Source: Lytechinus pictus
Lineage: Eukaryota
NCBI RefSeq assembly: GCF_037042905.1
Contig: NC_087262.1
Coordinates: 10,292,001-10,356,000 of the forward strand
DNA length: 64,000 nucleotides
Reading direction: 5' to 3'
Numbering within the stretch: the first letter of the stretch is position 1; every line of letters begins with the position of its first letter. Below the pieces are notes generated by a model. It was not told the DNA's origin and did not search any database. It saw only the letters and a program-made list of their open reading frames with translations. Below are positions 60,601 to 64,000 of this stretch, one piece after another. The position numbers and the translations under genes were made by a program.

Positions 60601-63600
60601 CAACTTCCACATTTATTTTAATTGAAAATATATTTCACAATACTTAATAACAGTAATGAATACAGAAAATGTTTATATAAATCAAATCAAATCATTTTCA
60701 CAATAATATACAAACATTACAAATATGTACAAAACAAGAAACACACAATTGAAAAGGAAAATGAACCAAGTAAGGGATTCAAAACATAATATAAAGAAAA
60801 AGCCAAAAGCAGACATTTATTAGTCTTAAAAATCAGGCACCCAACATGAAGGAGACAGTTAGTGCAATCAAAAAGACATCTCTTAACAATATCAAGTATA
60901 TGAATGTGGCTCACATTTAGAACTTTCAAAATATCATTTAGGAAAATCAACATGATCATATAGGTATCATACAATGCTACAAATAAATGAACAAACAATT
61001 AATACCATAAGAAAGAACATAATTACACAATACAAAAATCCAACCAAAAAAAAGCTAAACCGGTCATATTTCAAAAGTAAGGAGTAGATTTTAAATTTGA
61101 TGTCAATTTTTATTTTCAGGATGTTGGCTGGAGACGGGACTGGAAACAGGCCACGCAAACCTTGCAACTGCACCAAATCTCAGTGCCTCAAACTGTAAGT
61201 AATCTGGGGTCATGTTACGCAAAACTTAGCAATCGATCTTAAAGTTTATTTGTATGTTGGATTGCTCATTATGATCAATGCAATCAAGTACTAAAAGTTA
61301 GCCCTACGATCAATTGCTAAGTTTTGTGTTATGGGTCCCTAGTTGCTCAATCGGATGACCTTTACATGAAAGCTGTATTGTAGCAATATTTTTGGCTTAG
61401 ACAAGCTGTCATTCTGAGACTGTTGAAAATCATAGAACCCACTGTTGTGATTGATTCCATTGACCACAATGTACAATAAAGTGTAGAAATTAAGTGTATG
61501 ATTAATTGCTTAAGTTTGTGTTACAGGACCTTAGTTGCTCAGTCGGGAGATGTTTTCATGAAAGTTGTCTGCATAGACAGGGTTCCCACAGTCATGGAAA
61601 ATTCTGGAAAATCCTAGAAAAAATTGTCATGGAAAGTCAGGCAAAAGTCAAGGAATTTGGTGGAAAAGTCATGGAATTGCATTTACCTCTTGGCTATGGC
61701 AGCTTTCTAGTTTGTTGTGTCTCTCGCAACTCTCATACTCTGTGATCATACTCTGCTATTATAATTGGTGTTCATGATTTCCATTTTTCCCAGTTTTATG
61801 ACATCCCAAATTCTACATAACTCCCGGGAAGTCAAGGAAAGCAGCAATTAAGTAAATAAAAGTCATGGAAAAGTCATGGAATTCTGTTTTCAAAACATCT
61901 GTGGGAACCCTGCATAGACCAAACTGTTGTGATTGATTTCATTGACCACAATGTACAATCAATCTTAAAAATCAAGCCTATGATTCATCGCTTTTTGTGT
62001 TACAGGACCCGAGATGCTCAATCGTGAGACCTTTACAAGAGTGTTGTCAGCTTAGACAAGTTGTTATTCTGAGACTGTTGTCAGTGGTAGAACAAAGTGC
62101 TATGATTGCTTTGACCACAATATACAAACAATTGCGAAAATCAAGCATTATTGACGAGTTGTCATTATCCAACATTTACCGTAGTTAAAGACACCTGTGC
62201 TTTTCAGCCAATCAGAGTAGATCTATAGTTATCATATCTGATTACTTGTTAGACTGTGAATGCAATACCTATTTTGCTAATTAAATCTGTAATGTCACAT
62301 TTTCTACCGGAACCACTTGGCATATATTTTGACTCGCCTGAACGAAGTTTGGCAGAAACCTAGTGATTAATTTTTTCCTGTTAGTCTGTTTTGTTGAGGA
62401 TAATGGGGTCGAAGGTCATCTAGGGGTCAATAGGTGAAGTTTTTGTTCAGCTTGCTCTCATTTCTTCATTTCTGCATCAATTGTTCTTACACTTGGTAGA
62501 AATGATTCTAGGGTAATACCACAAGTGTGTTGGAGATAATGGGGTCAAAGGTCATCTTGGGGTCAAAAGGTCAAGTTTTGTTCAAACTGCTCTCATTTCT
62601 TTATTTCTGCAATAATTGTCTTTACACTCGATACACAACCATTTGGTAATACCATGAGGATGATAAGGTCAAAGGTCATAAAGGGGTCAAAAGATCATGT
62701 TGCATATTTCATCAATCGCGATATCAGGCGAGACTCGTGGCTCGTAAACCACCTTGTTTATTCAAACATACAAAAACTTTGGTAATCATGTTATTGGATT
62801 CTGTGTGAACTATTTTGAGATTGTTACCACAACTGGTATTGATATTTAATGATAGAAAACATGGCCCTTCTTCCCGTGCACCAGGTACTGCGACTGCTTT
62901 GCTAACGGGGAGTTCTGCCGCAACTGCAATTGCAACAACTGCCTCAACAACTTGGATCACGAAGACGAACGAACCAAGGCGGTCAAGGCCTGCCTGGACA
63001 GGAACCCTATGGCCTTTCACCCCAAGATAGGCAAGGGGCACAACGGTCAGACGAACAGACGGCACAACAAGGGGTGCAACTGCAAGCGATCGGGATGCCT
63101 GAAGAATTACTGCGAATGCTACGAGGTAGGATTGCGTTGCATCCTTGCACATTCTTACATTGCCTTTTGTTAATACACTGACATCCTTTGGCAAAGGTTT
63201 GTCTACATTTGCCACTCTCCACCCAGGTGTAGTATATGGGTACCTGGTAGGAATTCCTTGAATGCTCGAGCTTACACTCACGTCCTTTTGCATGGCTTTT
63301 ATCTTTATCAGCCACTCTCCACCCAGATGAAGTAAATTTTACTTTGAAGATATGCTAATTAAACATGTTTTTAATATTCTGGTATTTGTGTAAGTCATAT
63401 ATATTTGTAGGAAAAAATTGTTTTAAAATCTTGATGCGGTATTCATTTGAAAGACCAAAGCTTTATTTTGTTGATTATGTATCTATTTTACCTGAGCATA
63501 ATTCTATAAAAATATGAAGGACAATCAAACAATTTATCTATTCAGGCTTGCACAAAGTTATCACTTTTTAATGTGCCTCTCGTCTTTCTCTTGAAGGCCA

Positions 63601-63796
63601 AGATCCTGTGCTCCTCTCATTGCAAATGTGTCGGATGCAAGAACTTTGAGGAGAGTCCAGAGCGCAAGACCTTGATGCACCTGGCCGATGCGGCGGAGGT
63701 CCGGGTCCAGCAGCAGACGGCCGCTAGGACCAAGCTCTCCTCACAGCTCCAAGACTACCCAACCAAGACCAGGGAATTCAGCGATACAGGAGAGAG
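50954..63796 (+). CDS. LIN54: Protein lin-54 homolog (tesmin/TSO1 CXC domains; MuvB/DREAM DNA-binding subunit), 3'-partial, 8 coding exons in window
   Basis: Exons 50954-51682, 56392-56608, 57933-58108, 58794-58973, 59310-59446, 61120-61194, 62885-63125, 63597-63796 splice in frame. [38 protein letters not shown] hinge, [63 protein letters not shown] are recognisable LIN54. Confidence 0.95.
52235..53450 (-). mobile_element. Two nested L2-type LINE 3' fragments
   Basis: [39 protein letters not shown] (inner) and [27 protein letters not shown] (outer); two (ATT)n tails. Confidence 0.88.
53824..54408. mobile_element. Kolobok-like foldback MITE
   Basis: TAAAGGAAACCAAAACC..GGTTTTGGTTTCCTTTAA; long internal inverted repeats. 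Confidence 0.8.
54612..54970. mobile_element. Harbinger-like MITE
   Basis: AGGCCCCTGTTACA..TGTAACAGGGGCCT TIRs. Confidence 0.75.
55628..56289. mobile_element. Tc1/mariner-like MITE, TA TSD
   Basis: TA|CAGTGCGTCCCAGAAAAAAC..TTTTTTGTGGGACGCACTG|TA. Confidence 0.85.
56392..56608 (+). CDS. LIN54: LIN54 coding exon 2
   Basis: ttcag|CAG GTA..CAAG|gtaatg; [19 protein letters not shown]. Confidence 0.85.
56771..57329. mobile_element. Kolobok-like MITE, TTAA TSD
   Basis: TTAA|AGGTCAAGTCCACCCC..GGGGTGGACTTGTCCT|TTAA. Confidence 0.88.
57933..58108 (+). CDS. LIN54: LIN54 coding exon 3
   Basis: tacag|CT..CAG|gtaagt; [16 protein letters not shown]. Confidence 0.85.
58794..58973 (+). CDS. LIN54: LIN54 coding exon 4
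   Basis: tccag|AAT..CAG|gtgagt; [27 protein letters not shown]. Confidence 0.88.
59310..59446 (+). CDS. LIN54: LIN54 coding exon 5
   Basis: ttcag|ACG..GG|gtaagt; Ser/Gln-rich linker; phase consistent. Confidence 0.82.
59527..60033 (+). mobile_element. Helentron/HINE-like element (short-array copy)
   Basis: ttttgtcttgcctgc..gcgagactatagg..gcaggcgagactgtcagaggcgctccactcgtt; homologous to 7307-8727. Confidence 0.78.
61120..61194 (+). CDS. LIN54: LIN54 coding exon 6 (start of CXC1)
   Basis: [15 protein letters not shown]; ttcag/gtaagt borders. Confidence 0.95.
61578..61912. mobile_element. hAT-like MITE inserted in a local tandem repeat
   Basis: CAGGGTTCCCACAG..CTGTGGGAACCCTG; CATAGA duplicated on both sides; aagtcatggaa subterminal repeats. 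Confidence 0.82.
62327..62759 (+). mobile_element. Second Helentron/HINE-like family
   Basis: ttttgactcgcctga..tcaggcgagactcgtgg..ccaccttgttt; 3 internal ggggtcaaaggtcatc repeats. Confidence 0.6.
62885..63125 (+). CDS. LIN54: LIN54 coding exon 7 (CXC1-hinge-CXC2)
   Basis: [40 protein letters not shown]. Confidence 0.97.
63597..63796 (+). CDS. LIN54: LIN54 coding exon 8 (end of CXC2)
   Basis: [40 protein letters not shown]. Confidence 0.96.
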
Positions 63797-64000
63797 GTGA
63801 GGGCTGCAGGGACCTTGTGGTTTTAACAGGGAGGTGCCATGACATTTGCTCCAGCGACAATTGCTCCGCTGTAAATTCCACACACTAATGGAATGACCAA
63901 CTTCAACCTTGGATTTAACGCTATACCCTATCCTAAACCTGACCCTAAACCTAACATAAAACCCTATTGCAACCCCAACCCTATATCTTAGACGAAATAA

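Overview
AT-rich, intron-containing animal DNA. The repeat complement and gene content suggest an invertebrate deuterostome such as a sea urchin (inference only). Three spliced genes can be rebuilt exon by exon with GT-AG sites and consistent phases. (1) The 3' 19 exons (1127-29518, +) of a cadherin-related single-pass protein of the CDH23/PCDH15/CDHR2-like type, with a furin-like RKRR site, NPxY, polyproline tail and C-terminal PDZ ligand VTQL. (2) A complete 10-exon COPS4/CSN4 gene (46366-34497, -; 405 aa). (3) The first 8 coding exons of LIN54 (50954-63796, +), the CXC-domain DNA-binding subunit of MuvB/DREAM. COPS4 and LIN54 are head to head. About 250 bp upstream of the COPS4 ATG is a canonical CDE-4nt-CHR element (GGCGCG-TGAT-TTTGAA), the motif LIN54 itself binds. 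Introns are dense with non-autonomous DNA elements (Kolobok-like, hAT-like, Harbinger-like, Tc1/mariner-like, CAC..GTG/TA, Helentron/HINE-like), tRNA-derived SINEs, decayed and nested LINEs, local duplications and microsatellites. There are five N-gaps. No prokaryotic system, CRISPR array or intact transposase was seen.
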